A stretch of 63,356 nucleotides of DNA, filler included, from Rozella allomycis CSF55 (Eukaryota): NCBI GenBank assembly GCA_000442015.1. It is 14 parts of 14 records of this genome, joined end to end, with 100 filler letters (N's around TTAATTAATTAA, not from the genome) between each part and the next. Parts side by side here need not be neighbours in the genome. Positions count along the whole stretch, not along the records: positions 51,256 to 54,286 come from KE560883.1; positions 54,387 to 58,664 come from KE560888.1; positions 58,765 to 61,204 come from KE560890.1; positions 61,305 to 63,356 come from KE560891.1; 10 more parts are not named here. One strand, 5' to 3'. Below the pieces are notes generated by a model. That model had not been told where the DNA came from. It did not search any database and was given only the letters and a program-made list of their open reading frames with translations. The stretch's first letter is position 1; each line of letters starts with the position of its first letter. Shown here piece by piece: positions 52,066-63,356 of this stretch. Made by a program: the position numbers and the translations under genes.

Positions 52066-52908
52066 CCGATGACAAGGGTAATGGATTCTGGAAATTCAGA
52101 TCTACAGTGCATCGATGATATCTAAAATTTGTTCTTTTTATTTTTCTTAATTAGTAAAAAATTAATTAATATTGGAGCTATCATCTTGAAATATTGTTTG
52201 AAGATGTTCCAGTAATCTATGGCCGATAGATTATCTGGATATCTATCGCGAGAGCCTATCGAATAAAGAGCAAAGGAATGAACAATCGACACTAAATCAT
52301 TCAAATGATTAATGAGCAAAGAGGTGTTGAAAATTCGGATAAATGAATTTAGGATATCGAAAAATTGTGTTGAAAAATGTTCATAGGAGATTATGTTTAA
52401 CGCATTTTAGATTAATTTACCAAACAAATTGAACTTATTATAAAAGAAATGAAGAAAATTTCTCACGGCCAAACACGGGCATCACGTCGCTTAATTACAT
52501 AAATATCATTTGCATATGCATATAGGACGACATGGACGATATTGAATAATAGAATTCAGATCGTAAATAGAAGTGTACAAAATACAAAATACCGTTTTCA
52601 AGATTCTACATTCGTGTTTAAATATCTGTGCATTTTAATTTAAGCTTCAATTATCTGGAACAATTTTCTAAAACGTCCCGTTGGTAACGTTCACTGTGCG
52701 CCAACTTTGTCCTTAATCAAAATGCAGATTTCATTTCTTCTTGGAAATGTTCCCATGCAATTCAATATGTAATCAATACAAAAATGGGCTACATGCACGA
52801 TAGTGTATAATGACTCCAGTGGCGTAAGCCGCGTAATGCTTAGAGCCTTAGATTCAGATCCAGTAAACTAGAAAACAAGATTAAACAATCGTAATTTAGA
52901 GATCTTTA

Positions 52909-54286
52909 TTACTTAAATTCCCATTCGCAATCGAGCATGACAGCATTTAATAGTTTTTCCTTATAGCTAGCTGGATAACCTGGTGGCATATTTCTTAAAA
53001 TGGCATCGATTAATATTTGATGCTGTGGATAATCCGCCAAGCGGTAATTCCTGGACTTGATGTCTTCTGTTTTTTCTTCAATTTCATTTGTCTTTTTAGC
53101 TAATTTGTGGTTAAAATTCGTCAATATCTTGGCATATTTCATGTAGTCATTCGATGTTGGAAGATCTTTAGATAAGATTGGGATTTTTGCCTCATGCGTC
53201 ATAATCTCTAATTCTTTAAGCATTAATTTACGGAAGTAGTCCCAAACATCATCAGACAGTATTTCTATGTGTGGAGAATATAGTATTCTAAAGAAACGCA
53301 CGTAATTTCTGTAGCAGTAGTAATTTGGTTCATACCAAGATGTTTCTGAAATATCCAGGAAGGAATAATGCAGCCTTAATTTTTTACATTCATTAATCAA
53401 TTCTTTGCATTGTAACTTCGCTGCATTGTACTCTTCAACTAATTTTTCGGCTTCATTTTTAAGCAAAGTAACATTTTGCCTTAAATGGACTTTTTCACTC
53501 TCCAGAAAACTATATTTGAAATTCATTCTTTTCAAGGCTTCGATATCTTTAATTAAATCAAGTCTAGTTATGAGTAACTTATTGTGAGTCATGGAATTTA
53601 GAACTTCATTGTTCTGAACTTCAATTTTATCCTGTAGTTCCGATGTTAAAGAATGTAGATCGGCTGATAAAGGTTCCGATAGTGATACTTTATTTTTGAA
53701 ATCAGATATCAATTGTTCTCGTTCCTCTTGAAGCATTTGAAGTTCACATTTCATTTTGGATTCAATAATTGTCTGAATGCTAATTGTTTTACCGTTATTT
53801 TGCTCAGAATTTTCATATACCTCAAAGTAGGCTTTAGTTATGAACATTTCAATGGGCAATATAATTTTGGAATTCACATCTAAAGCCAAATTATCTCTAT
53901 AAAACAAGTATTTCAAAGAATTAAGAAATTCTCCCGCTTGAGGAGCTATTTCAATCGTGTTGGTTCTCAATTCATCGATTTTCATTTTTTCTTCTTCTTC
54001 TGTCATTACAACACTATCAGCAAATGTAAAGATGATAAAAACTTGCTTATATCCTTCAATTGCAGTTAACGATGAGATAAAGTTAAACTCACTCGCTAAG
54101 TGAAAATCAGGTGATCTGTTAACTGGCACAAAGAAAAAGAATGCGTCAAGCCCATCTTTAGAGAAGTTAGTAATCTTCTTTGAAATCTGAGACACCACTT
54201 CATTGATATTGACTTCGTTATCCTCGAATTCAGGTGCGTCAACAACATGTAAGCCTATGCCTTCCGATGAACAATGATAGTCAATG
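52909..54286 (-). CDS. AIG1/GIMAP paralog with degenerate G motifs and a long coiled coil, 5' truncated
   Basis: Frame continues upstream of 54198 as LHVVDAPEFED; KDGLDAFFFF, IFTFADSV and KYLFYR align with the neighbouring paralog; ~290-aa helical tail. Confidence 0.8.
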
Positions 54287-54386
54287 NNNNNNNNNNNNNN
54301 NNNNNNNNNNNNNNNNNNNNNNNNNNNNNNTTAATTAATTAANNNNNNNNNNNNNNNNNNNNNNNNNNNNNNNNNNNNNNNNNNNN

Positions 54387-57300
54387 GGCTCGACATTCAC
54401 TGCGCGTTCGCAGATCTCCAGTTCACAGTTTGAATTCACGTGGAAGGAATTGCCAAACAGCAGCAGCTGATTTTTCAATGGAATTTCAATCTCTATGGCT
54501 TCTTGGATAACGTTGATCATTTCCTTGATAGAGTTCATTTCAGCATTGAATTTGTTATTGTTCCATTCTTCGAGAATATTAAAAGTTTCTTGAGACTTTG
54601 CATATATTTCTTTTAAAGATTCAGTTGCATGAAATTTAATTCTTTCTAGACGCTTTCTAGTGATTGATTCGTCTGTTTTGATTATTTTGGATATTTCGGA
54701 TTGATTTAGAGTTGAAAATTGATCGAGGTTGAATTCAATGGATAGTTTGCTGGTACATTCGTTGAATGAATTTGAAATAAAGTTTGTGAAATAGTTTAAA
54801 TCGTTTGTTTCTTCCTTCTTCTTTTTGATTGATTTAGACTGTTCCAATTTAATTTTAGGATCTTCTTGGCTGATTTGCAAAAACTCTAATTTGAATTCAT
54901 CTGTATTCTTTTCATCTAGTGCTTTCCCTTCTAAATCTTTGAAATAGTCTAGAACAATTTGTTTGGTGTTAAAGTGCCTGTCTAATTCTAATTGAAATAA
55001 ACCCAGATAATAATTTATATTAAAGATTAAATGATCTTCTAGCCATCGATTGTTTATTATCATTTGCCGTTCAACTTCACCCTCTTCTTTCAACTTTTCT
55101 GAAATTTCCCATAAATTGTTTTGCAATTCTAAACATTTCAAGAATATTTCATTTTTAACTTCATTGTCTGATCTTTGGTCATCCTCAAATGAATTGAAAT
55201 AGTTTTGAAATTTATTAATAAAGAATTGCTTGTCATCTGGACGCTGCAAATATTCTTCATATTTTCTCTTGACATTGAAAAAGTAGCGCAAAATTGATTC
55301 TTTTTCTCTTCTGATTGATCTGAAAATGAACTTGACGCCGTTAACGAATACATTTTCCATTGTTGCCCATTGATCAGCCAAGCAATTCAACAAAGTAACT
55401 GATGAAGTAGCAGTAGGGGATAATGTAGTAGCAGCAGTAGTAGTAGTAGTAGATGTAGTAGAGGTAAGGGGTAATGTGTTGTTAGCAAACGTCACATTTA
55501 AACTGGTATTGTCAGTTGCAGTATTTCCTTGAGTAGTCGCAGTGGATGTATTCAACACACCTTCTTTCTCTTCTAATTCATTTTCTTTCCTTTCCTTTTC
55601 TTTTTCTTTTTCTAATTCAATTCTATCAATTTCAATTTTAACAAAATCTTCAACTTGTTTTTCATTCAATGAACAATCAATCACCTTTTAATCATTCATT
55701 ATTGAAATTACTTTGAGAATATGAAATTTTGAATACCAATCTTTAATCATTTCCTGTTCTCTTTCAAATGACTCTACTTGAATTTGAATCAAATCTTGCT
55801 CAATTGGAACAAGTCTATTCTATCATCAATCTAAAATATTTATTATTACATTTGAAAATAATTGTTCTTTTAATTCAACTTGATTTGTTTCTAGATCATT
55901 TAGATTGTAAATTTTTCCAGTTAAATTATCCATCATTCTTCCATTGGCTCTTTCAAACACAACATCATTAGAGACATCTAACAGAAAAACACCATCAAAT
56001 GATCCAATATTAACAATAGGCGCATTCTCTACTTCATTTAGATTTGCTATATATGATTTCTTTGTTATCAATTGCCCTTTGCCTCTCTTCAAATTACCAG
56101 ATCTAACTTGCTTTGGTTCTTCATACCCAATCAATTCTTTATCTAATAACATTGCCTGATTCCGGGTTCTAGGGAAATCTATTAGTACCCAGCCACCAAA
56201 TCTCTTTTCTTCAATTTCCAGATTGCATTCTTTTATTTTATTAGCAACGATAGAAACCATAAGATTATCATCCAAACTATTAATAGCACCTTTATACTTG
56301 TCATCACTTTAAATGTGTGTTTTAAACTGTTACCTTAAAATTTCTTGCACATTTAATATTTTCAAACCAAAGGAATTCTTTAGTTTATTCGCAAGGGTAT
56401 TCTTTCCACTTAATACTTTTCCAATGATAACTAATTTTAATGGGAACTTTGGAAATATTGGTTTCTGGATATTCTCTGGTTTAATGTGATTTGAATCCAA
56501 AATAATCTTTACTATTCTAGCCAACGCCTCATTTGTATTTGAAATATTATTATTAGATAAATTAGCATTTGAGCCATTGCTGTTACTATCTTTATTGTTA
56601 TTATCTTTGAGATCTTTGACATCTTTAACATCTACTCTCAATTCCCCTCTCATATCACCTTTTCCATCTACTTTTAAATCCCTATTCAATTCACCTTCAT
56701 CCCAAATCCCTCTCATATTCAAATAATCATCAAACTCCAATTTATCCATAAAATGCAATCCCTTATACAACACACTATTCGTATCAATCAAACTACTCAA
56801 ACTCAAATCTTCTTCATCTTCAATCTTTTGAAACTCTTCATTCTCAACAGCATCATCCTCAGATTTAATCTCATAATTCACATCCAATGGAAACCCTCTA
56901 ATAAACAATCTAATCCACTCCAAATACATCTTCTTTGGAACATTGCCATCACCCAATTCTCTATACTCACAAAACTTTAAAGACAGCGAAATCACTTCAT
57001 TCACAATTCGCTTGCAATCTAGAAATAATTTCTTCTTCTTTTTCTCTTTCTTCAAATTAATCAATTCTTCATATTGCCTCTTGTTCATCTCCAAGTTTCT
57101 TTCAAATTGCTTCTTGTTCATTCTAATCTCATTGATTTCTCTCTTTATCGCATTTTCAAAATCTTTCTCTCTCTGCTCCTTGTACTGCTGCTCTCTAAAC
57201 AATCTGTTCCTTATCATAATCTCCTTTTCCTTCTTTATTTTGTTCAATTCAGCTGCCAATCTCCTCTCCTCTCTTGACTCTCTCACAAGAATTAAATTAA

Positions 57301-58438
57301 ATTCTTCATCCTTCAATTCTTTAAATCTATTTTCTTGCTTTTCATTAATCTCCGCCAATATTTTCTTTTCTTTCAATTCCTGCTCCATTATTTCATCAGA
57401 CAATCTTTCTTTATTCTTCACTTCTTGCACTTGATCCTTTTCTATCTTCAGCAGTTTCTCTTCCCTCGCTTCTTTCATTTCTTGTACCCCTCGTTCCTTT
57501 TCATCCCCTCTATTTCTTTGCTCAAAATCATCAATATATTCTCTATACATTTTAAACGACTCTTTCCTATTCATCTATCTCCCTTCCATTTCTCTTTTAC
57601 CTCAATCCTCTTTTTCGCCTTTTCCAGCCTCCTCTCCTCTTCAACCACCTTCATCATCTCCACATGCGTCTTTGGCAACCTGCCCTGTCTCAACCGCGAC
57701 TTTTCCAGTCTATGCTTGCCCTTCTCCGCCCTTCTAATCTCCTCCAGCCTCTTCAACTTTTCAATCATCATCCGCGCCTTTTTCTCCTCTATATCCTTCA
57801 TCTTCATCCTCTAAACAATCCCCCGCTAAATTATTACCTCCTGCTCCTCTTGCACACGCTGGAACCGCTCAGCTATAGCCTCCAACTCATAGTCAACCCT
57901 TCGAGTCTTGCTTTTCAGATTCTCCACAAAAAACTTGTGCTCCTTTTGGACAACCCCAAATTTCACAGGATCTTCAAAACTTTTGCCTAAATTTATTAAT
58001 CAAACTCTCATTACCGCCACTCACAGGCGTCGACGGATACGACATCATCGTACTCAACCCACTCCTCCCCTCACCGCCATCGCCCTCACCGCCACTCCGC
58101 CCACTCCTCTTCTCCCTAGCAATCTTCGGCAGCGTAATCCTTAACTGGTACAGTATCTTCGCCGCACTGCCAGGCTTCGCTTCCATCAAATCCTTCACAA
58201 TCTGCGCATTATACGGAATCCCAAGCATTCGAAACACAGGCTCCAATTTAATGTAATTGCTCACCCACGAATCCGTAGACTTTAGCTGCGAGAATACAGA
58301 CGCATTCGCCACATTGTACTTGCTCAGCAGCTCGCCGAACAGGTAGCCAGATCGGAATCGCTCGTCTAAAGAAGTGGCATCGATTTTTTGCGAAAGGTGA
58401 AGGTCGTTGTTTAGCCATTCGCTCAGGATTCTTGACAT
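54387..58438 (-). CDS. SPEF2: Sperm flagellar protein 2 / CPC1 (central-pair protein), with introns or frameshifts, 3' truncated
   Basis: N-terminal CH-like MS.IL.EWLN.DL...F.SGYLFGELL.KY...LEP.FR.LG...A.KILYQL; coiled coil; adenylate-kinase-like IIGK.LSGK.T and GWVLIDFPRT..QA.LL.K.L.G; YL.RPD.KQ. Confidence 0.85.
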
Positions 58439-59015
58439 TTGGAAAGGTAAACAAGGTCAACGGCGTTGCTAGGACTAGGAGTATATTTATATTGGTTAAT
58501 GGAAGGGGAAAAGAGGTTTTTTAAGATGATATATGAATGGAGACAATCAGATTGGTAAATTAATTCTTTTGTTATCACATTGATGGCATTGTCAGATAAC
58601 TGATAAGGAAATTTGCTGCGTGGCTAAATTTGGTAAGACACCCATGTCTGAGCCTGCCGAAAACNNNNNNNNNNNNNNNNNNNNNNNNNNNNNNNNNNNN
58701 NNNNNNNNTTAATTAATTAANNNNNNNNNNNNNNNNNNNNNNNNNNNNNNNNNNNNNNNNNNNNATAAGGACAATGCCAAAGAAATTGATGTAGATGTCA
58801 AAGACAAAGCTTTTGTAATGAAGGAACGAAAGTATTATTTAAAAGTAAGAGAAACAATCATCTTTAACGTAGTTGAATTTGCCATATTCTGTTAATGGAG
58901 ATAGAGCAACTGCTACTTTTGACAAGTTAAAGTGCTTGTTACAAATTGTTTTACCTGTGTCCCTTTAACATAATAAAATATTTTGGACAACTATATAATT
59001 GCTCACAAAAAAAGA

Positions 59016-59096
59016 CGACAACGACAGGATTTGAACCTGTGCGGGTAAACCCAATAGATTTCAAGTCTATCTCCTTAACCACTCGGACACATTGTC
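59016..59096 (-). tRNA. tRNA-Ser (anticodon UGA)
   Basis: GACAATG acceptor stem pairing with CGTTGTC, D loop CCGAGTGGTTAAGG, ATAGA-CTTGAAA-TCTAT anticodon arm, long variable arm, GGTTCAAATCC T loop, downstream oligo-T terminator. Confidence 0.95.
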
Positions 59097-59296
59097 TNNN
59101 NNNNNNNNNNNNNNNNNNNNNNNNNNNNNNNNNNNNNNNNNNNNNNNNNNNNNNNNNNNNNNNNNNNNNNNNNNNNNNNNNNNNNNNNNNNNNNNNNNNN
59201 NNNNNNNNNNNNNNNNNNNNNNNNNNNNNNNNNNNNNNNNNNNNNNNNNNNNNNNNNNNNNNNNNNNNNNNNNNNNNNNNNNNNNNNNNNNNNNNN

Positions 59297-60567
59297 CAAG
59301 GACCATTCTAACTTTCTTAAAAGAACAATATGGACTGTAGTGATGATTATGTTATGTATTTCGATTATTTGTGCCGGGCCTGTATTTGTTATCTTTATGG
59401 TTTTGGTTATTCAAATAGTTGTATTTAAGGAAGTCATTGACATTGCACATTTGCCATCTAAAGAAAAGAAATTGCCATGGTTTAGATCTTTATCTTGGTA
59501 CTTTTGAAATGTTACCATTTAATAGGTATTTCTTGGTTTGTACAAATTATTTTCTTTATGGTGAAAGTTCCGTCTCTATTTTCAAAGAAATTTTCTTATT
59601 ACGACGAATACTTTCCACTTTATCGGCTCATCATCGATTTATATCATTTACTTTGTATATTTTAGGGATAGTTCTATTTGTATTGAATTTGAAGAAGGGG
59701 CACTACCGATTTCAGTTTAGTCAATTTGCGCTTACACATATGGCATTACTGTTGGTTGTCTTCCAGTCTCATTTCATCATAAACAATATTATGGAGGGTC
59801 TTGTTTGGTTTATTTTACCAGTGGGCCTCGTAATTTGCAATGATATATTTGCCTACCTGGTAGGCATTACCATTGGTAGGACACAGCTTATTAAAATATC
59901 TCCAAAGAAAACTTGGGAAGGTTTTATTGGTGCATTTTTCATAACAATTATTGCCGGGATAATGGTATATTTAAACACTTTTTTTCATGAAAGCTTGGTG
60001 GTTTGATGCCTAATTACAAGTACTTTATTTGTCCTGCAAAAAACTTGTCTTTTAACATATTCAGTGATATAAATTGTGATAAAAATCCTGTTTTTGTGCC
60101 ATTCAAATTGGAGTTTGGAGATAAAGTTTCAAAATTCTTCCAAATAGCGGTAAAATTTGTTCTTGTAATCCAAATAAGGTAGGAAAAGAAATGAAATACT
60201 TATTAATTTATCCCCTGCAATTGCATGCTGTTATTTTTTCAATTTTTGCGTCCCTCATTGCTCCGTTCGGTGGCTTTTTTGCGAGTGGATTTAAACGAGC
60301 ATTCAAAGTGAAAGTATGTTATTGAAATTAACACCATAGGATTTCTCGGATTCTATTCCAGGGCATGGTGGAATGACAGACCGAATGGATTGCCAATTCA
60401 TGATGGGAGTATTCATCAATATTTACTACTACAGTTTTATTCGAACATATGCTATTAGCGGAAGCGACATCTTCAATTTGTTTATTAACCTTAACCCCGC
60501 GGAGCAAGTTGAATTTTTTAATAAAGCTCGAAACTACTTAGTTGATAAAAAAGTGATCTTGCAGTAG
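59297..60567 (+). CDS. CDS1: Phosphatidate cytidylyltransferase (CDP-DAG synthase), multi-exon, 5' end in a gap
   Basis: [64 protein letters not shown] and [15 protein letters not shown]. Confidence 0.93.
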
Positions 60568-60682
60568 TTAATATGTGCAAGGAATAATTAAATATAGTAG
60601 TGCAAAGAATATTCAAACTTGAAATAAATTGATGATATCAGATATTGATGATAACAATTTATTTTTCTATTTACAAGCATCT

Positions 60683-61153
60683 TTACAAGCATCTCTCAAA
60701 TGCCTTGATTTTATCATATAGCTCTTGCCCCAAAATATCTTTTTTATACCAGTTTGTATTGAAATTTTGAAAGTGATCAGTTAGCAATTCATAATTTTGC
60801 TCTTGATCGCTAGTAATTATTTTCCTTAGTGCAACTAACCAATCTAAAAGAGGTTTAGTTTCATTATCGTCTGCAGTAGTATTTACAGTAATAGAGGTAT
60901 CCTTGTTTTCTACTTGTAAATTATTCGAATTCTCAGTCGTATCAATACGGGAATCTTTGGAATTAAGGGAGACAGATGTGTTATTTATGGGTGTATTGCT
61001 AGAATACGAGGAAAGTATTGTAGAAAAGCTGGATCGGCCAGAAGTAGGCTCTTTACCAGGCATATCCCAAGTACTTTCAAAGGTATCTAGATTAAAATAG
61101 TAAGGGTCGCCAGATGAGGAATACAAGATGTACCAGTCACCGGTATTTTTCAT
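60683..61153 (-). CDS. WW-domain-containing ORF, possibly partial
   Basis: GDWYILYSSSGDPYYFNLDTFESTWDMP fits the WW consensus. Confidence 0.6.
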   Translation of the reverse strand: MKNTGDWYILYSSSGDPYYFNLDTFESTWDMPGKEPTSGRSSFSTILSSYSSNTPINNTSVSLNSKDSRIDTTENSNNLQVENKDTSITVNTTADDNETKPLLDWLVALRKIITSDQEQNYELLTDHFQNFNTNWYKKDILGQELYDKIKAFERCL

Positions 61154-61304
61154 TTCTTAAATTTCAGACATTTGAGTTTGGCTAAAAGCCTCAAAAGTTA
61201 AAAANNNNNNNNNNNNNNNNNNNNNNNNNNNNNNNNNNNNNNNNNNNNTTAATTAATTAANNNNNNNNNNNNNNNNNNNNNNNNNNNNNNNNNNNNNNNN
61301 NNNN

Positions 61305-61511
61305 CTGTCAGATTGTGCTTTGCCATGACCATAAACAAAGCGCACGGTCAAACGTTGAAAAAGGTAGGCATCTTTGTACCAGGTCCTGTGTTCACTCATG
61401 GACAACTTTATGTGACTTTATCGCGTGCAAGATCTATCTCAGTCCTCAAATTACAGCAATCGAAATCCATTACAAGTCACAAACGTTGTTTTTCGTGAGA
61501 TTTTGACATAG
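61305..61511 (+). mobile_element. Helitron RepHel PIF1-helicase C-terminus, frameshifted
   Basis: [20 protein letters not shown]...[13 protein letters not shown], then in a shifted frame TNVVFREIL*. Confidence 0.88.
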
Positions 61512-62266
61512 CATATCATGTAAAGGTACTTGACAATACGGCATGGAATCCGTCAAGACTCCTCCCCCATGATATGTGACGGCAAAAGCAATCACGTAAA
61601 TGACGCATCAAAACTCAAATAAAAACATTTTAAAAAAGACTAATATTGTGTATCAAATCCTGAGACTTATCAGGTGTGACCTTACTACAGGTGTCCCCCT
61701 ATCCATCTCAACTTTAATACCAAACACATTTTACAAATCCACCGCAAACCACTATCAGGAACGTTCATTGCACATGTCAATTAATATAGTTTTAGCATTT
61801 GCACTTTGCAGTTGTGACCTTACTACAGGTGTCCCCCCTATCCATCTCAACTTTACTGTCAATGAGTTTGCAAAAACACCAGACGCCACTATCAGGAAAG
61901 TAAATAATTCAACATGCGCAAAAATATTTTTCTCATAATCTATTTAGATTTTACAGTCGTCATAGCCCTGGTTGGAAAATGGTAGTAAATGACGACAAAG
62001 AGAAGAAAAACCGTGCCAAAAATCGCGAATATTTGAAACAAAAATTAAAGATTACTAAACATCTAAAACAAAACAGATCTATGATAAGAATTTACGTAAA
62101 ATGAACGCCAGTATTAGTCAACATGTTTATAAACGACTTATGCTCTCTGAAATGCCGGAACAAAAATTATGTCATAAATTTTTATTAACGTCAGGTATTT
62201 TTCGTCTATCTGCGTCGATTGTGAAAAGTTATGGAGTGAATAGTTCTGACATTTTAAATCAATTNC

Positions 62267-62834
62267 ATGCTCTCTGAAACCCCGGAACAAAAAAAATGTC
62301 TTAAATCTTTATTGACGTCAGGTATTTTTCGTCTATCTGCATCGATTGTGAAAAGTTATGGAGTGAATAGTTCTGACATTTTAAATCAATTACAGTCTAC
62401 AGAAAATTCCTATGAGAGCATTTTTCAGGATAAAAGTGATGCGTTTGCTTTGAATAACAAAAGTTTTCGGAAAATTTTTAATTCACCACGAAAGCAAGCT
62501 AAAATAGATTTGGGAAGAGCATTTAAGGACAAAATGAACAAAATTGCAAGAGATTATGTCGGTGAAAACTATTTTGTTAGCGATTTTGTTGCGCTCAAGT
62601 CGGAATGTAACTGTCCAGAGCAGGCTGTACATTCCGACTACCACACGTCGTTGTCCAACCAGTTTGCAGAACATTTTCCTTTAGGCGCAATTTTGGCACT
62701 TGAACATGAAACAAAGCTTAAGGTTTTTAAAGGAAGCATAAATACTGTTACTATTACTAAAGAACAAATGATGGAGGTTAAAATTCCAAAAGGTAGTATT
62801 GCATTCTTTTTAGGCTATCTTCCACATGCCGGCT
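62267..62834 (+). CDS. 2OG-Fe(II) dioxygenase-like (PhyH-like jelly-roll) ORF, 3' end in a gap; diverged N-terminal duplicate at 62101-62264
   Basis: ALKS..NCPEQAVHSDY (HxD), PLGAILAL, LKVFKGS and IPKGSIAFF.G.LPHAG (distal His). Confidence 0.7.
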
Positions 62835-63120
62835 NNNNNNNNNNNNNNNNNNNNNNNNNNNNNNNNNNNNNNNNNNNNNNNNNNNNNNNNNNNNNNNNNN
62901 NNNNNNNNNNNNNNNNNNNNNNNNNNNNNNNNNNNNNNNNNNNNNNNNNNNNNNNNNNNNNNNNNNNNNNNNNNNNNNNNNNNNNNNNNNNNNNNNNNNN
63001 NNNNNNNNNNNNNNNNNNNNNNNNNNNNNNNNNNNNNNNNNNNNNNCCCAGCCAATAGCGCATATAAATAAATTTATTAATTGTTTTAATGAACTATGTT
63101 TTTTGCTACAAATAGTACAA

Positions 63121-63148
63121 TGCGAGCGAAGCGAGCACAACCGCTAGT
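63121..63148 (+). mobile_element. Putative Helitron 3' terminus (hairpin + CTAG|T)
   Basis: TGCGAGC-GAA-GCGAGCA imperfect GC-rich hairpin followed 6 nt later by CTAG (63144-63147) and T, in AT-rich flanks. Confidence 0.7.
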
Positions 63149-63356
63149 TTTCTAAATGTGTTAACAAATTCGGTTCGACTCCTTGGTGATTTTAACGATG
63201 TGGATCCCTCATCCTTAATAAATACGATTATTCAAATAACTGTATATATTTAAAATATAAAAAAAAATATAAAAAAAGAATCATGATATACTCAATAAAT
63301 TCTAATATTTTTGAAAGTGTTAAATTTAATAATGTTGAGTTAAAAGATTTTAATGT

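Noticed and set aside
56753-58144. Long + strand ORFs rich in F/S/L
   Set aside because: Antisense shadows of the E/K/R-rich SPEF2 coiled coil

Overview
AT-rich eukaryotic sequence from a compact, intron-rich, flagellated early-diverging fungus or relative. The 27-30 nt introns, 30-150 bp intergenic spaces, SPEF2 and PEX7 fit a Rozella-like organism (inference). It is not one locus: 13 artificial N-TTAATTAATTAA-N spacers concatenate about 14 scaffolds, and many single-'n' joins stitch overlapping or paralogous contigs. Housekeeping genes are alkaline ceramidase, an ankyrin protein, PIN1/ESS1, ORM1, TSR1, PEX7, TAF10, MsrA, a DBP6-like helicase, a SMYD-type SET protein, SPEF2, tRNA-Ser(UGA) and CDS1. 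Roughly half the window is transposon debris: Ty1/copia, Ty3/gypsy including chromoviruses, an L1-like LINE, a foldback-type DNA element and a Helitron. Best leads: (1) a Helitron apparently carrying a 2OG-Fe(II) dioxygenase ORF between its helicase and its hairpin-CTAG end; (2) a signal-peptide-bearing AIG1/GIMAP GTPase next to a catalytically degenerate paralog; (3) a foldback element with ~21-bp-periodic subterminal motifs around a SWIM-finger remnant; (4) a plant-type HNH protein; (5) a 150-bp LTR with a possible self-priming site. All family assignments come from motif recognition by eye; no searches were run.
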